From a bacterium (GTDB lineage Bacteria; UBA8248), in NCBI GenBank assembly GCA_965204535.1, contig OZ241996.1, positions 32,001 through 96,000 of the forward strand: a stretch of 64,000 nucleotides of DNA. Direction: 5' to 3'. Below the pieces are notes generated by a model. The model ran no database searches, was not told the DNA's origin, and saw only the letters and a program-made list of their open reading frames with translations. The position numbers were made by a program, and so were the translations under genes. Below, piece after piece: positions 30,757 through 41,304 of the stretch. Each line of letters starts with the position of its first letter. Positions within the stretch are counted from its first letter, which is position 1.

Positions 30757-31770
30757 ATGCGACATCTGAAAAAAGGTTTTACGGTGATGGTGGGCGTCAT
30801 CCTCATCGCGGGACTCGTCGGCTTCGCCACTTCTAAGGCCGAGGCCGCCAAGTACGTGATGAAGTTCGCCCACAACAACCCGCCCAAGCCGCAGCTTCTC
30901 TATCAGGCCGCGGCCCTGACCATGCAGAAGAACCTGCAGGTCTACTCCAAGGGGAACATCGACATCCAGATTTTCCCCTCCTCCCAGCTCGGCAAGGACC
31001 GCGTCGCTGCGAAAAAGGTGCAGCTCGGCTCGGTGCAGATGCAGATCGTGGCGTCCAACAACATCACGGCCTTCGACAGGCGGCTCGACATCTTCACCCT
31101 GCCCTTCATGTTCGGCAGCTTCAAGGGCGCGGCGAAAGTGTTCAACAGCGACATCGGTCAGACCATCGGGGAGAATTTCCGCAAGAAATCGGGCATCCGC
31201 GTGCTGGGCTTCATCGCCACGGGCTTCCGGAACATGATGAACAGCAAACACCCCATCATGAAGCCTGCCGACCTGGGCGACCTTCGCATGCGGATCGCGA
31301 AAAACCCCATCATGGTGCAGACCTACAAGGCGCTCGGCGGCAGCACCATCGGCATGGCGCCGACGGAGCTGTTCAGCGCGCTCAGCACCAAGACGGTGGA
31401 CGGCCACGACGGCGGCTCGAGCTGGGCTTGGGCCATGAAGCTTTATGAAGTGCAGAAATTCCTCTCCATCACCCGGCACCAGCTCGTGGCGGGCGCGCTC
31501 ATCATGAACGACAAGTATTACAACAAGCTGCCCAAGGACATGCAGAAGGCCGTTCTGATGGCGGCGCGCGACACCATCGCCTGGGCGAACGCCTACGCGG
31601 AAGAGAACGAAAAAGACATCATGAAAGGGTTTTCGGCGAAGGGGCTCACGATCGCCACGCCCGATCTCAAGCCCTTCCGCGAGGCCGTACGACCCGTGCA
31701 CAAGATGTTCGCCGACAAGGTGGGCGGCATCGAGTTGATCAACCGCATCCTGAAGATGCAGGAAGGCTAG
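30757..31770 (+). CDS. dctP: TRAP substrate-binding protein
   Basis: Signal peptide; IFPSSQLG, LPFMF, GFRN, DLGDLRMR, LYEVQK. Confidence 0.92.
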   Translation: MRHLKKGFTVMVGVILIAGLVGFATSKAEAAKYVMKFAHNNPPKPQLLYQAAALTMQKNLQVYSKGNIDIQIFPSSQLGKDRVAAKKVQLGSVQMQIVASNNITAFDRRLDIFTLPFMFGSFKGAAKVFNSDIGQTIGENFRKKSGIRVLGFIATGFRNMMNSKHPIMKPADLGDLRMRIAKNPIMVQTYKALGGSTIGMAPTELFSALSTKTVDGHDGGSSWAWAMKLYEVQKFLSITRHQLVAGALIMNDKYYNKLPKDMQKAVLMAARDTIAWANAYAEENEKDIMKGFSAKGLTIATPDLKPFREAVRPVHKMFADKVGGIELINRILKMQEG

Positions 31771-31780
31771 TCAACCATAG

Positions 31781-31819
31781 GGCGCGCGGCGGCTTCCGGG
31801 TCGCCGCGCGCCGTTTTTT
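31781..31819 (+). terminator. Rho-independent terminator
   Basis: GGCGCGCGGCG...CGCCGCGCGCC hairpin plus T6. Confidence 0.75.
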
Positions 31820-31837
31820 CGAGAAAAGGACAAGGCA

Positions 31838-32593
31838 ATGAGCGGTTTCGAGGGGCAAAGCGCCGTCGTCACGGGCGCGGCGACGGGAATCGGTGAATCC
31901 ACGGCGAGAATCCTGGCCCAAAGGGGGGCGGAAGTCACCGTCATGGATTTCGACGCGGAAGGCGCCGAAGCCGTCACGAAATCCATCAACGAAAACGGAG
32001 GTGCTGCTCACTGCGCCGTCGTCGACCTCACCGACTGGGAGGCGACCGAAACTTCAATCAATGAGGCGCACCACCGGGCGGGCCGTATTGACGTTCTCGT
32101 GCACAGCGCGGGTGGTTTTCCGCAATACGTGAGCCTGCTCGATTGCCCCGTGGACGCCTGGGACGGCGTGGTGAACTCGAACCTGAAATCCATGTTCTAT
32201 CTCCTGAAAGCCGCCGCCCCCCTCATGGTGGCGGCGAACTACGGACGCTTCGTGACGCTCTCGAGCATGGCGGCGCGCAGCGGCGTGAACCCGAATCCGC
32301 CCCATTACACGGCTGCCAAGGCGGGCGTGCTCGGCCTTACCCGCCAGGCGGCGCGCGAACTCGGGCCGTACGGCATCACCGTGAATGCCGTGGCCCCGGC
32401 CAACGTGCAAACACCGAGAGGGCTCAAAATCAGGACGCCCGAGCGCATCGCCCACATCGAGAAGTCATCGCCCGTGGGCAGACTCTCGGAATCCCACGAG
32501 ATAGCGGAAGCCGTCGTTTTCCTCTGCAGCAGGGAGGCCGGCTACATCACCGGCGTCACGCTCGACGTGAACGGCGGCGCGACGATGGTTTGA
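31838..32593 (+). CDS. Short-chain dehydrogenase/reductase
   Basis: TGAATGIG, YTAAK, ITVNAVAP. Confidence 0.9.
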   Translation: MSGFEGQSAVVTGAATGIGESTARILAQRGAEVTVMDFDAEGAEAVTKSINENGGAAHCAVVDLTDWEATETSINEAHHRAGRIDVLVHSAGGFPQYVSLLDCPVDAWDGVVNSNLKSMFYLLKAAAPLMVAANYGRFVTLSSMAARSGVNPNPPHYTAAKAGVLGLTRQAARELGPYGITVNAVAPANVQTPRGLKIRTPERIAHIEKSSPVGRLSESHEIAEAVVFLCSREAGYITGVTLDVNGGATMV

Positions 32594-32724
32594 TAACGCC
32601 TGCGCTCTCGTTGCTCATGCGGGCTTTGGTTCGAACTGGCGGATACTCCGGCTTCCCAAAAAATCGCCCCCGGTTATAACCAGGGGCGATTGGGTGGCCA
32701 GGATTCACGAAAACGCATTCAGAC

Positions 32725-33144
32725 TTATCTGGCGCGATACTCCTCCAGCACTTCTCTCATAATGGTCCGAATCTGTTGCGGCGTGACGAGTTTTACCTTC
32801 AGATTGTCCAGGTCATCTCTCAGACGATTCAAGTCTTCCCTGGTGGCCAAGCTTTTCAGGTCTTCATGCATCTGGGCCTTGAAGACGTTCAGGTCCGCAT
32901 GCAGTTGCTTCAGTCTCTCGTCCAGACTCATTTTGACTTCGGTGATTTGCTTCTGGAGTTGCCCATCCACTCCGTCGAGCCTTTTGACTTCCCCATCCAC
33001 TTTCGCAATCACCGGCTTTACTTCGGCCTGGGCGATATAGAGCAATCCCCCGCCCAATATGGCGAATATCGCCGCAGGGGTCCCAATCCAATGCAACCAC
33101 CAATGAAGCGTTTTCGATATTGCCCCTGTTTTTTCCTTTTCCAT
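32725..33144 (-). CDS. Membrane-anchored coiled-coil hypothetical protein
   Basis: One TM then heptad-rich region with ATREDL; lower GC. Confidence 0.55.
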   Translation of the reverse strand: MEKEKTGAISKTLHWWLHWIGTPAAIFAILGGGLLYIAQAEVKPVIAKVDGEVKRLDGVDGQLQKQITEVKMSLDERLKQLHADLNVFKAQMHEDLKSLATREDLNRLRDDLDNLKVKLVTPQQIRTIMREVLEEYRAR

Positions 33145-33311
33145 ATTGAGTCCTCTACTCTATCTGTATCGTCGTTACCTACTTATGCTTCCCTCTTGCG
33201 AGCAAATATACAGCGAAATAACGTAAAGCTCAATCACGCCCTTTTTCCACGACTGCCAATTTCGGGGGAGAACGCCCCGACCGCTCTAAGTAGTTCTTGT
33301 CAGTCGTTTTT

Positions 33312-34211
33312 CTATGTCTGTCCGAGGGCTTGTTTCACGAGGGGCACGACTTGGGAGAATCGCTCTGCCACGAAGACGCCGGCTTCTTTCAATAGTTTCT
33401 TCTTTCCCGATGGCGCGCCGCGGCCCCGCTCGATGAGCGCGCCGGTGTGGCTCACGCTCGCGGGCGTGGGCGAGGTTTCCCAGAATTCGCCGGGTATCAT
33501 CGCCACGACGGGCTTCGTGAATCCGCCCGAGGCGATGAAGCGCGCCGCCTCCTCTTCCCTGTCCGTGCCCGGTTCACCGAACATCACGACGACGCGGGTT
33601 TCGGGGTCTTGCTCGAACAGGGCGAGCATCTCGACGAAGGCGGAACCGATGAGCAAATCGCCGCCCAGGGCCACGTAGGTGCTCTGGCCGATGCCCGCCC
33701 GCGTCAGAAACAGGCATATCTCCGCCCCCATGCCGCCGCTTCTGCTCACCACGCCCACGGGGCCGGGGCGGAACATGAGGTCGGGCACCTCGCCCCCTGT
33801 GCCGCCGAGCTTCGCTCTTCCGGGGCTCACCATCCCCTGGCTGTTGGGGCCAATGACGAAGGTGCCCTTCTGGGCCGCGCGCGTGAGCAGCGCGCAGGCG
33901 TCGTGGTGCGGCACGCCCTCCGCGAGAATGTGCACGGTGGGAATCCCCGCCTCGACGGCCTCTAAAGCCGCCTCGCGCACGAAGCGCGCGGGCACGAAGA
34001 GCACGGAAAGATCGACCTCGTGCTCCTTCAAAGCGTCGGCCACGGTGCCGTATACGGGCACGCCGCCCACGGACTCGCCCCCTTTACCGGGAGATACGCC
34101 CGCCACCACGCGGGTGCCGTAGTCCGTCATGGTGGGCAAAAGCCGCCTCGCCTCGGCCCCCGTGGCGCCCTGCACGAGTACGCGGGTATCCGAATCCAGC
34201 AGAATGCTCAT
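33312..34211 (-). CDS. SucD-like ADP-forming acyl-CoA ligase alpha subunit
   Basis: VLVQGATG, IGPNSQG, SRSGG, SHTGA phospho-His. Confidence 0.85.
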   Translation of the reverse strand: MSILLDSDTRVLVQGATGAEARRLLPTMTDYGTRVVAGVSPGKGGESVGGVPVYGTVADALKEHEVDLSVLFVPARFVREAALEAVEAGIPTVHILAEGVPHHDACALLTRAAQKGTFVIGPNSQGMVSPGRAKLGGTGGEVPDLMFRPGPVGVVSRSGGMGAEICLFLTRAGIGQSTYVALGGDLLIGSAFVEMLALFEQDPETRVVVMFGEPGTDREEEAARFIASGGFTKPVVAMIPGEFWETSPTPASVSHTGALIERGRGAPSGKKKLLKEAGVFVAERFSQVVPLVKQALGQT

Positions 34212-35434
34212 CTCTCATCCCGCCCGTAAGCGCGCGCCACGATTCGTTTGGCCAGGTCTTCTATCGACGCCTCATCCTCATGCCATTCCACGCCCGGCAC
34301 CTCGGCGATGAGTTTCCTGGCTTCTTCCACCCCCGGACCGGCGTAGCGGATGATGACGGGGAACTTTTCGAAATCAAGCGCCGCTTCCTTGAGCGCGCGA
34401 ACCACGCCCGCGACTTTAATATCCACCCGCGTGAAATTGCTCACGTTCCCCGCCAGGAGCAGCCCCTTGATGCCCGGTTTCGAGAGCACCGCCTTCACCG
34501 CGCGGCGCATCTTTTCCTCGTAGCGTCCGGGCGTGATGTCGAACGTGGTGGCGGGTTTTCCATCCTCGTCCAGAAGCGCTTCGAGGCTCGAAAGACCATA
34601 CCCCCCGCCGGTGACCATGAAGCCGATGTCGCCGTCCATTTCGCTGAAGCGGATCGCGCCCACGTGGGGGTCGACCGCGTCGATCTCTCGCATGCGCATC
34701 TCAAGCTCCGTGAAGGGCCGCCAGCCGTTTCCGCCCTCCACGCCCAGCTTGGCTTCAAGGTCCGGCTGGCGGAAGAGGGCCTGCGCGTCGAGCTGCACCA
34801 CGCCCGCCGCCGCCACCACCCGGCCGTCGGCCAACTCCGCCAGGGGGTTCACCTCTATCATCTCGCAGTCATGGGCGCAGAAGACCCCGTACATCGCGCA
34901 CACGGCACTTGCGACCTGCTCCGCCAGATCGCCTGTGAGACCCGCACGCTCCACCAGTGCAAGCGCGTCTTCCGCCTGAAGCCCTTCGAGGATATTGACA
35001 GGCCACTCAATAAGCTTGTCGGGATGGTTCTCGGCCAGTTCCTCCACGTCCACGCCGCCCTCTGCGCTGAAGAGGATGAGCGGGCATTTTCTCGGCGCAT
35101 CGAAGGAGATGGAACAGAAAATCTCGCGCTCTATCTCAAGCGCTTCCATCACGATGAGTTTCTCGACGGGAAAGCGCCGCACTTCCATGCCGAGAATGGC
35201 CTCTGCGCCCGCGCAGGCCTCTGACGCATTCGCGGCGAACTTGACCGCGCCCGCTCTTCCGCGCTTTCCGACCGGCACGAGCGCCTTGATGACAACGCGC
35301 CCGCCCAGGCGTTCGGTGGCGCGGGCGGCTTCGTCGGCATCTTCGCAGACCTCGAAACGGGGAACGGGGAGGCCGCCTTCGCCCAGAAGCGTCAGGGAGT
35401 CGTTTTCCAGAAGACGGGACAAGAGGGTCTCCAC
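34208..35434 (-). CDS. SucC-like ATP-grasp acyl-CoA ligase beta subunit
   Basis: VVIKA...GKRGRAGAV, GGVDVEE, EVNPL, DAQALFRQ. Confidence 0.85.
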   Translation of the reverse strand: METLLSRLLENDSLTLLGEGGLPVPRFEVCEDADEAARATERLGGRVVIKALVPVGKRGRAGAVKFAANASEACAGAEAILGMEVRRFPVEKLIVMEALEIEREIFCSISFDAPRKCPLILFSAEGGVDVEELAENHPDKLIEWPVNILEGLQAEDALALVERAGLTGDLAEQVASAVCAMYGVFCAHDCEMIEVNPLAELADGRVVAAAGVVQLDAQALFRQPDLEAKLGVEGGNGWRPFTELEMRMREIDAVDPHVGAIRFSEMDGDIGFMVTGGGYGLSSLEALLDEDGKPATTFDITPGRYEEKMRRAVKAVLSKPGIKGLLLAGNVSNFTRVDIKVAGVVRALKEAALDFEKFPVIIRYAGPGVEEARKLIAEVPGVEWHEDEASIEDLAKRIVARAYGRDER

Positions 35435-35630
35435 TCACAATACGTTCGGCGCGTTATCGCGAGAAAAACTGAAAGATGCGCACTAGCTAGCACTTGGGCC
35501 TTCGGGCGTCAAGATTTACGGGGAAAATGCGCGTATTCGCCCATGCGCCGCTTGCGAAAGTATGTTGATGAGATAGAATCAACCCATAAGCAAAAACTTG
35601 TTTCTCTGTCATTTCAACGGAGGGAATTCT

Positions 35631-36629
35631 ATGCGTACCCAAAAGAGATTCATCACAGCAATTGGCGTCTTTGCAGCGGCGGCTTTCGCCGTATCTGTTG
35701 CGAGCGCCGCCACCACCAACATCACCATCGTCGGCGCGGGCAAGGGCGCGGGCGCGTTCCGCATGGCGGCGGGCCTCGCCGAGGCGGTGAACAAGACGAG
35801 CAAGACCGTCAACGTCACCAACCGCGAGTCCAAGGGCTTCGTCGCCAACACGCGCCTCGTCGCCAGCGGCCGCTCGGAGATCGGGATGACGAACGGTATC
35901 TTCGTCGACTTCATCCAGCGCAAGCAGAAACCCTTCCACAAGGGCAAGGCGATGATGACCATCCGGGGCATCGGCCCGGTATCGACCTCCTGGTTCCAGG
36001 TGACGACGTTCCACAAGACCGGCATCAAGTCCTACCACGATCTCGCCGGCAAGCGGGTGAACATGGGTCCGAGAGGAAGCTCCACCCTGTTCATGATGAA
36101 GTTCATCACCGACAACCTGGGCATCACCGACAAGATCCGCAAGGACTACATGGGCTGGGCGCAAGCCGCCACCAACATGATCGACGGCAAGCTCGACGCT
36201 TTCGGCATCCCGAACCCGGTGCCCTCGCCCTCGATTCTGCGCGCCTCGCGCAGTGGGCCGCTCCGCATCCTGAGCATTCCCGACGAGGTGCGTGACAAGT
36301 TCGTCGCCCTGAGCTCGGGCTACTACAAGGACAACAAGGACGCCAGCCCCTACCAGGGGATGAAGGGCAAGAAATTCAAGACGGTCGCCTACACCATCTT
36401 CGCCGTGGCGAACGAGAAGGTGCCCAACGACGTCATCCACGAGGTGACGCGGCGGGTGTACGACAAGGCGAACCGCGACTTCCTGATCAACGTATTCAAG
36501 GGCTGGAAGATCGGGCTGGACTTCGCCGCCAAGTCGGATGAGTTCATCAAGCAGATGGGCAACTTCAACATGAAGCTCCACCCCGGCGCCGCGCGCTACT
36601 GGAAGGCGAAGGGTTACAACACCAACTAG
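35631..36629 (+). CDS. TAXI-family TRAP substrate-binding protein
   Basis: Signal peptide; ESKGFVAN, DLAGKRVNMGPRGSS, LHPGAARYW. Confidence 0.9.
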   Translation: MRTQKRFITAIGVFAAAAFAVSVASAATTNITIVGAGKGAGAFRMAAGLAEAVNKTSKTVNVTNRESKGFVANTRLVASGRSEIGMTNGIFVDFIQRKQKPFHKGKAMMTIRGIGPVSTSWFQVTTFHKTGIKSYHDLAGKRVNMGPRGSSTLFMMKFITDNLGITDKIRKDYMGWAQAATNMIDGKLDAFGIPNPVPSPSILRASRSGPLRILSIPDEVRDKFVALSSGYYKDNKDASPYQGMKGKKFKTVAYTIFAVANEKVPNDVIHEVTRRVYDKANRDFLINVFKGWKIGLDFAAKSDEFIKQMGNFNMKLHPGAARYWKAKGYNTN

Positions 36630-36716
36630 ACGATTCCCGGCTCCCCCGGAGGGCGGTGGCGCCTTCCGGGGGCCGGTGAAGCGCCTGTCATCGGCCTCGG
36701 GTGAGAAAGGGCGGCG

Positions 36717-39323
36717 ATGAGGAAGGTTTTCGATTCTCTCTGGGAGTGGATGCGGTTCATCTTCGCCCCGGAGTCGGCCACCCGCAGGGATATCGAACCC
36801 GGCTTTCAGAAACAAAACCTGCCCGTCTTCGTGTTCCTTACCGTTCTCCTTCTCGTCTACATCGTTTTCTTCGCCGGAAGAACGTACAACCTCTACCTCC
36901 CCTACGAGATCGCCTGGGACTGGCAGGAGGTGGAATTCCCGGCTCTCGATGCCTGGCTCTACGCCCTCATCTGGCTCTACGTCTCGGGCCTGTGCATCTT
37001 CCCGAGGGCGGCGATTCTGCTTTCATCGTTCGCGTTCGCCGCCTATTTTCTCTACGGCGCGGCGAACAAGGCACCCGTGGATTTAGGCCTCGGCTTCGGC
37101 GAGGTCATCGTCTACGCCCTCTCCCCGCTCCTCACGGAGGGGATGGAGAAATCCCTCTCGGCGATTTGGGAGACGCTCTACTTCCCGGGGCTGGCCATCT
37201 ATGCGTTTCATTTCTATCTGCCCTTGTACGTGATCTTCACCGCCATCCTGACGTTCGTCTTCTACCCGGCGCGCGCGGGCGCTCCGATGAGACGGCCCTC
37301 CGCCGTGGACCTCCTGCTCTGCGCGGGCGTGGTCGTGTTCACGGTGGAATACATCATGAACTTCGCCGACCGCGGAGACCGCGCGGGCCTCGTCCTCTGG
37401 ACGGACGTCGCCATGGGCACCATCGCCGTCATCGTTTCAATCGAAATGTGCCGCCGGGTGCTGGGCTGGGTGCTACCGCTGCTGGGTCTGTTTTTCTTCT
37501 ACTACGCCATGTACGGCAACTATTTCCCCGGACGGCTCCTGCACAAGGGGTTCTCCTACAACGAGGTCGTGAACTTCATCTACGGCACTTCGGGCATCTT
37601 CGGCGTCATCGCGAACGTCTACGCAAGCTACGTGTTCCTGTTCATCCTCTTCGGCGTCTTTCTGGAAAAAACGAAGGTCGGCGACGTGTTCATCGATCTC
37701 TCCTACGCCCTGGTGGGCCGCCTGCGCGGAGGAGCGGCCAAGGCCTCGGTCGTCTCGAGCGGCATGGTGGGTTCGGTGGTCGGAAGCGGGGCGGCGAACA
37801 TCGTCATCACGGGCACCTTCACGATCCCGCTCATGAAGCGCGCGGGCTACAAGGCCCACTACGCGGGAGCCGTCGAGGCGGTCTCCTCGATCGGCGGCCA
37901 CCTGCTGCCGCCCATCATGGGTTCGGCGGCCTTCCTCGTGGCCGCGTTCACCGAGACGGATTACGGGTGGATAGCGCTCATATCGCTCGTGCCCGCGCTG
38001 ATGTACTACTTCTCGGTCTACATGTCGGTGCACTTCCGCTCGGGGCTGGACGGCATCCACGGCCTCTCGAAAGAGGAACTGCCCGAACTGCTGCCCCTGC
38101 TCAAAAAAGAGGGCTATCTGCTCCTGCCGGTGGTGCTGCTCATCTTCCGCCTCATCATCGGGCGCTCACCCTTCGACGCGGCGCTCTGGTCCATCGTCCT
38201 GGCGATGGTTCTGGGATTTTTCCGTGAGGACACCCGCCTGCTGGCGCTGCCGCCGGTTCTTGCGCGCCTGGTTGGCAAACCCGGATGGAGCACACGCAAC
38301 GACAGGCTCGAATACCAGGCCGCGGCGCACCACAAGAAACTCATGGAATCTGGAAAAAGCCTGGAAGATGCGGATGCCGAGGCGGAAGTTTATCTCGAAG
38401 CGGCCAAGACCGAACCGCCCGAGAACCCGCTCATGGAGAACTGGCCCCTGCTCGCCGGACTGGGCCTGCTTATCGTGCTCCCGGTGGCGGGGCATACGTT
38501 CCCTGAGGCGATCTTCTGGTCGGCGCTCGCGGCGATTGTGCTCTCCTCCCCGCGCGTTTTGGACGGGCTGGAGCGAGGCGCCGTCAACTCACTCATCATC
38601 GGCGTGACGGCGGGCGTGATGGGCATCGTGCTCGCAGGCGTGTCGATGCCCGGCCTCGGCATCAAATTCTCCTCGATCATCCTGGGCTACGCCGCCATCA
38701 TCGACAACGCCTTCGGCATCACGGGAACGACGCTGCCGGTGGCGATACTCCTCTGCGCCATCGCCAGCTACATCATGGGGATGGGCATGACGATCACGGC
38801 GAGCTACGTGCTGCTATCGATCCTCGCCGTGCCCGCGCTCGTGGAGTTGGGCGTTCCGCTCCTCAGCGCGCACCTGATGATCCTGTGGCTGAGCCAGGAC
38901 GCCTCGCTCACGCCGCCATTCGCGCTGGGCGCGTTCATCGCGGCGGGCGTGGCGAGAGCCGACCCGATGCGCACCGGCTTCGCCTCGCTCAAACTCGGCA
39001 AGGCGCTCTACATCGTCCCCTTCCTGATGGCCTACACCCCGATCAACATCACGCAGGGTGCTGCGTGGTTCGACATCATCGTCGTCTGGGTGAGCGGCTT
39101 CATGGGCTTTTTCTGCACCTCGGCGTCGCTCGAGGGCTACATGCGCAGAAAGCTCGAAATCTGGGAGCGCGTCGTCTTCGCCGTGGCGGGCGGACTGCTG
39201 TTCTTCTACGTGCCGTGGATGAAGATAACGGGAACGGTCATCATGGCCGTCATGATCGCCATCCAGTTCATGAGCGCGAAGGACGAAGGCGCAGCCTCAC
39301 AAAGCCCTGCGGTGTCTTCGTAA
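36717..39323 (+). CDS. TRAP fused permease (4TM/12TM, TAXI-associated)
   Basis: GGAAKASV, ANIVITGTFTIPLMKRAG, PPIMGSAAF, LTPP. Confidence 0.92.
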   Translation: MRKVFDSLWEWMRFIFAPESATRRDIEPGFQKQNLPVFVFLTVLLLVYIVFFAGRTYNLYLPYEIAWDWQEVEFPALDAWLYALIWLYVSGLCIFPRAAILLSSFAFAAYFLYGAANKAPVDLGLGFGEVIVYALSPLLTEGMEKSLSAIWETLYFPGLAIYAFHFYLPLYVIFTAILTFVFYPARAGAPMRRPSAVDLLLCAGVVVFTVEYIMNFADRGDRAGLVLWTDVAMGTIAVIVSIEMCRRVLGWVLPLLGLFFFYYAMYGNYFPGRLLHKGFSYNEVVNFIYGTSGIFGVIANVYASYVFLFILFGVFLEKTKVGDVFIDLSYALVGRLRGGAAKASVVSSGMVGSVVGSGAANIVITGTFTIPLMKRAGYKAHYAGAVEAVSSIGGHLLPPIMGSAAFLVAAFTETDYGWIALISLVPALMYYFSVYMSVHFRSGLDGIHGLSKEELPELLPLLKKEGYLLLPVVLLIFRLIIGRSPFDAALWSIVLAMVLGFFREDTRLLALPPVLARLVGKPGWSTRNDRLEYQAAAHHKKLMESGKSLEDADAEAEVYLEAAKTEPPENPLMENWPLLAGLGLLIVLPVAGHTFPEAIFWSALAAIVLSSPRVLDGLERGAVNSLIIGVTAGVMGIVLAGVSMPGLGIKFSSIILGYAAIIDNAFGITGTTLPVAILLCAIASYIMGMGMTITASYVLLSILAVPALVELGVPLLSAHLMILWLSQDASLTPPFALGAFIAAGVARADPMRTGFASLKLGKALYIVPFLMAYTPINITQGAAWFDIIVVWVSGFMGFFCTSASLEGYMRRKLEIWERVVFAVAGGLLFFYVPWMKITGTVIMAVMIAIQFMSAKDEGAASQSPAVSS

Positions 39324-39373
39324 TACCTGAATTTCTAAAACCCATCTAAGAGATCGTGTTTTTTATAGTCGGA

Positions 39374-40306
39374 TTAAGCTGGTAAAGAACGCGCGAGACA
39401 CGCCTTGAGCGCGCCGCCGCAGTAGGAGCGGGCGAAATCCTCCCCGTGCGCGGAGGCGAGCCGCTCGGCGAAGTCCCCTATCCCCCAGATGCCCCTGAAT
39501 TCATCGAACAGGCTGCTGATGCCCGCGAAGTCGCTGCCCAGCACGACCTGGTGAGCGGCGATTTCGGCCAGGAACTCGATTTCCTCCAGGTGACGCTCGA
39601 ACTCTCCCACGAACCCGGGGAACGGCGTAAGACCGATGAGCCCACCCGTTTCCAGGAGCCGCCTCGCCATCTCGCGCGGGAGCCCCCGCTCGCCGTAGAC
39701 GGATGAAACCGGATCGTCCAGATACCCGTGGGAGTAGTGCATCTCCTGGCCTGTGACGAGGGCCAGATCGATCATGTCCGATTTCGTCTGGTGGTTCGCG
39801 TGCGCGCAATCCACCATGAATCCCATCCGCCAGGCCCCCATCAAGAAAGCGCGGCCCAAGGCGGTGAGGCCGCGCCCGGCGTCTCCCTTGGCACCGCCAC
39901 CCAGCGCGTTGTCCTCGTTGTAAAGCGGCGCGACGCTCCGCACGCCCTCCTCCCACAGCCATTCGAGGCCTTTGAGGTCGCTTTCCTTCCCGATGAAATA
40001 GATGCCTTCCGCGTGGATTAGCTGCCTACCCACGCCTTCCAGGTCCCCCCGGGTGAGGACGACGTCGAGTCCTTCCGATCCACGAATCAGCCCCAAATCA
40101 CGCTCAAGCTCTTCTTTTTGCGCTTCTTGCGGCGCGTCCGCCAACCTGCCCAGGGCCGAGAACACCCCGCCCAGCTTCGCCGCCGTAGGGATGTCAATCT
40201 GCTCGAGAAGGTTGGCATCCTCATCGGATAAATCCGCCAGAAAGCGCAAATCGGTGTGAAAATCCCAAACGTCCTTGAACTCTATCGGCATCCGAGTTTT
40301 CTCCAA
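39374..40306 (-). CDS. Membrane dipeptidase (M19)-like amidohydrolase, divergent
   Basis: DFHTD, HAEG, GLTALGR, VDCAH, YSH, LGSDFAG. Confidence 0.7.
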   Translation of the reverse strand: MEKTRMPIEFKDVWDFHTDLRFLADLSDEDANLLEQIDIPTAAKLGGVFSALGRLADAPQEAQKEELERDLGLIRGSEGLDVVLTRGDLEGVGRQLIHAEGIYFIGKESDLKGLEWLWEEGVRSVAPLYNEDNALGGGAKGDAGRGLTALGRAFLMGAWRMGFMVDCAHANHQTKSDMIDLALVTGQEMHYSHGYLDDPVSSVYGERGLPREMARRLLETGGLIGLTPFPGFVGEFERHLEEIEFLAEIAAHQVVLGSDFAGISSLFDEFRGIWGIGDFAERLASAHGEDFARSYCGGALKACLARSLPA

Positions 40307-40431
40307 GTATCAGCGTCAGATAATTCTCTCGACGAAAACGCCATCATAACACGCGATAACAGGGGTTCGCCTTTGCGCTGCGCCGCAAGCTCGCATAGTC
40401 TGTCGGCTTTGTTTTTCAGGGAGGACGTTCC

Positions 40432-41220
40432 ATGTCGACAACGAAACCTTTGGTGCTCGTCGAGCGCGACGGCCCGCTCGCCACGCTCACGCTCAACCGC
40501 CCCGAGAAGCGAAACGCCATGAACACGGGGATGACCCGCGAGGCGAAATCGGCGATTGCGAGGCTTGCGGGAGCGGATGACCTTCGCGTCCTGATCATCG
40601 AGGGCGCGGGCAGCGTGTTCTCCGCCGGGGCCGACGTGGTAGAGATGGGCGCGCTCACGGAAGACAATGCGCGCGATTTCATCTCGAACCTGCACTCCCT
40701 CATCCACAGCGTGCGCGAGTTTCCGCACCCCGTGGTCTGCAAGTGCCGGGGTTACGTTCTGGGCGGCGCGCTGGAGTTGATGCTCGGCTGCGATCTCCGG
40801 GTCGCGGCGGACGATACGAGGTTCGGCATGCCCGAGGTGCGGGTCGGCGTGCCCTCCGTCATCGAGGCGGCGCTGTTCGTGCCATTCTGCGGCCTGGGCG
40901 CAGCACAGGACTTGCTCTTGACGGGCAGAACGTTCGACGCCCGGGAGGCGCATCGTCTGGGGATCCTCCAGAGGATATGCCCGTCATCCGACCTGGAAGA
41001 AACGACGCAAGAAGCCGTAATGGAGATTCTACAGGCCGCTCCCGGCACGCTCAGCGCCCAGAAGACGCTATTGAGGCGATGGATGCAGGCCTATCTCGAA
41101 GCCGCGGTTCCGCCCTCCATCGACGCCTTTGAGGCTTCCTTCCGAACCGGCGAACCCCAGGAAGGCATGGCCGCGGCGCACGAGAAGCGCTCCCCCTCCT
41201 GGGCGCCCGGAGAGAAATGA
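40432..41220 (+). CDS. Enoyl-CoA hydratase/isomerase
   Basis: LNRPEKRNAM, FSAGAD, LGGALEL, FGMPE. Confidence 0.9.
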   Translation: MSTTKPLVLVERDGPLATLTLNRPEKRNAMNTGMTREAKSAIARLAGADDLRVLIIEGAGSVFSAGADVVEMGALTEDNARDFISNLHSLIHSVREFPHPVVCKCRGYVLGGALELMLGCDLRVAADDTRFGMPEVRVGVPSVIEAALFVPFCGLGAAQDLLLTGRTFDAREAHRLGILQRICPSSDLEETTQEAVMEILQAAPGTLSAQKTLLRRWMQAYLEAAVPPSIDAFEASFRTGEPQEGMAAAHEKRSPSWAPGEK

Positions 41221-41304
41221 AACAGCGCATCCCTTTGCGGTGGCGTTCGCCGTTTCGGTGTGGCATCTTCACTCATCCCGCCGGAATGAGACAGGAGAGC
41301 ACCG

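Noticed and set aside
36701-38227. Long alternative-frame/antisense ORFs (also 21595-22860, 24700-25860, 44328-45539, 58945-60039, 62500-63462)
   Set aside because: Arg/Pro/Gly-rich shadows of real genes in high-GC DNA, with no motifs
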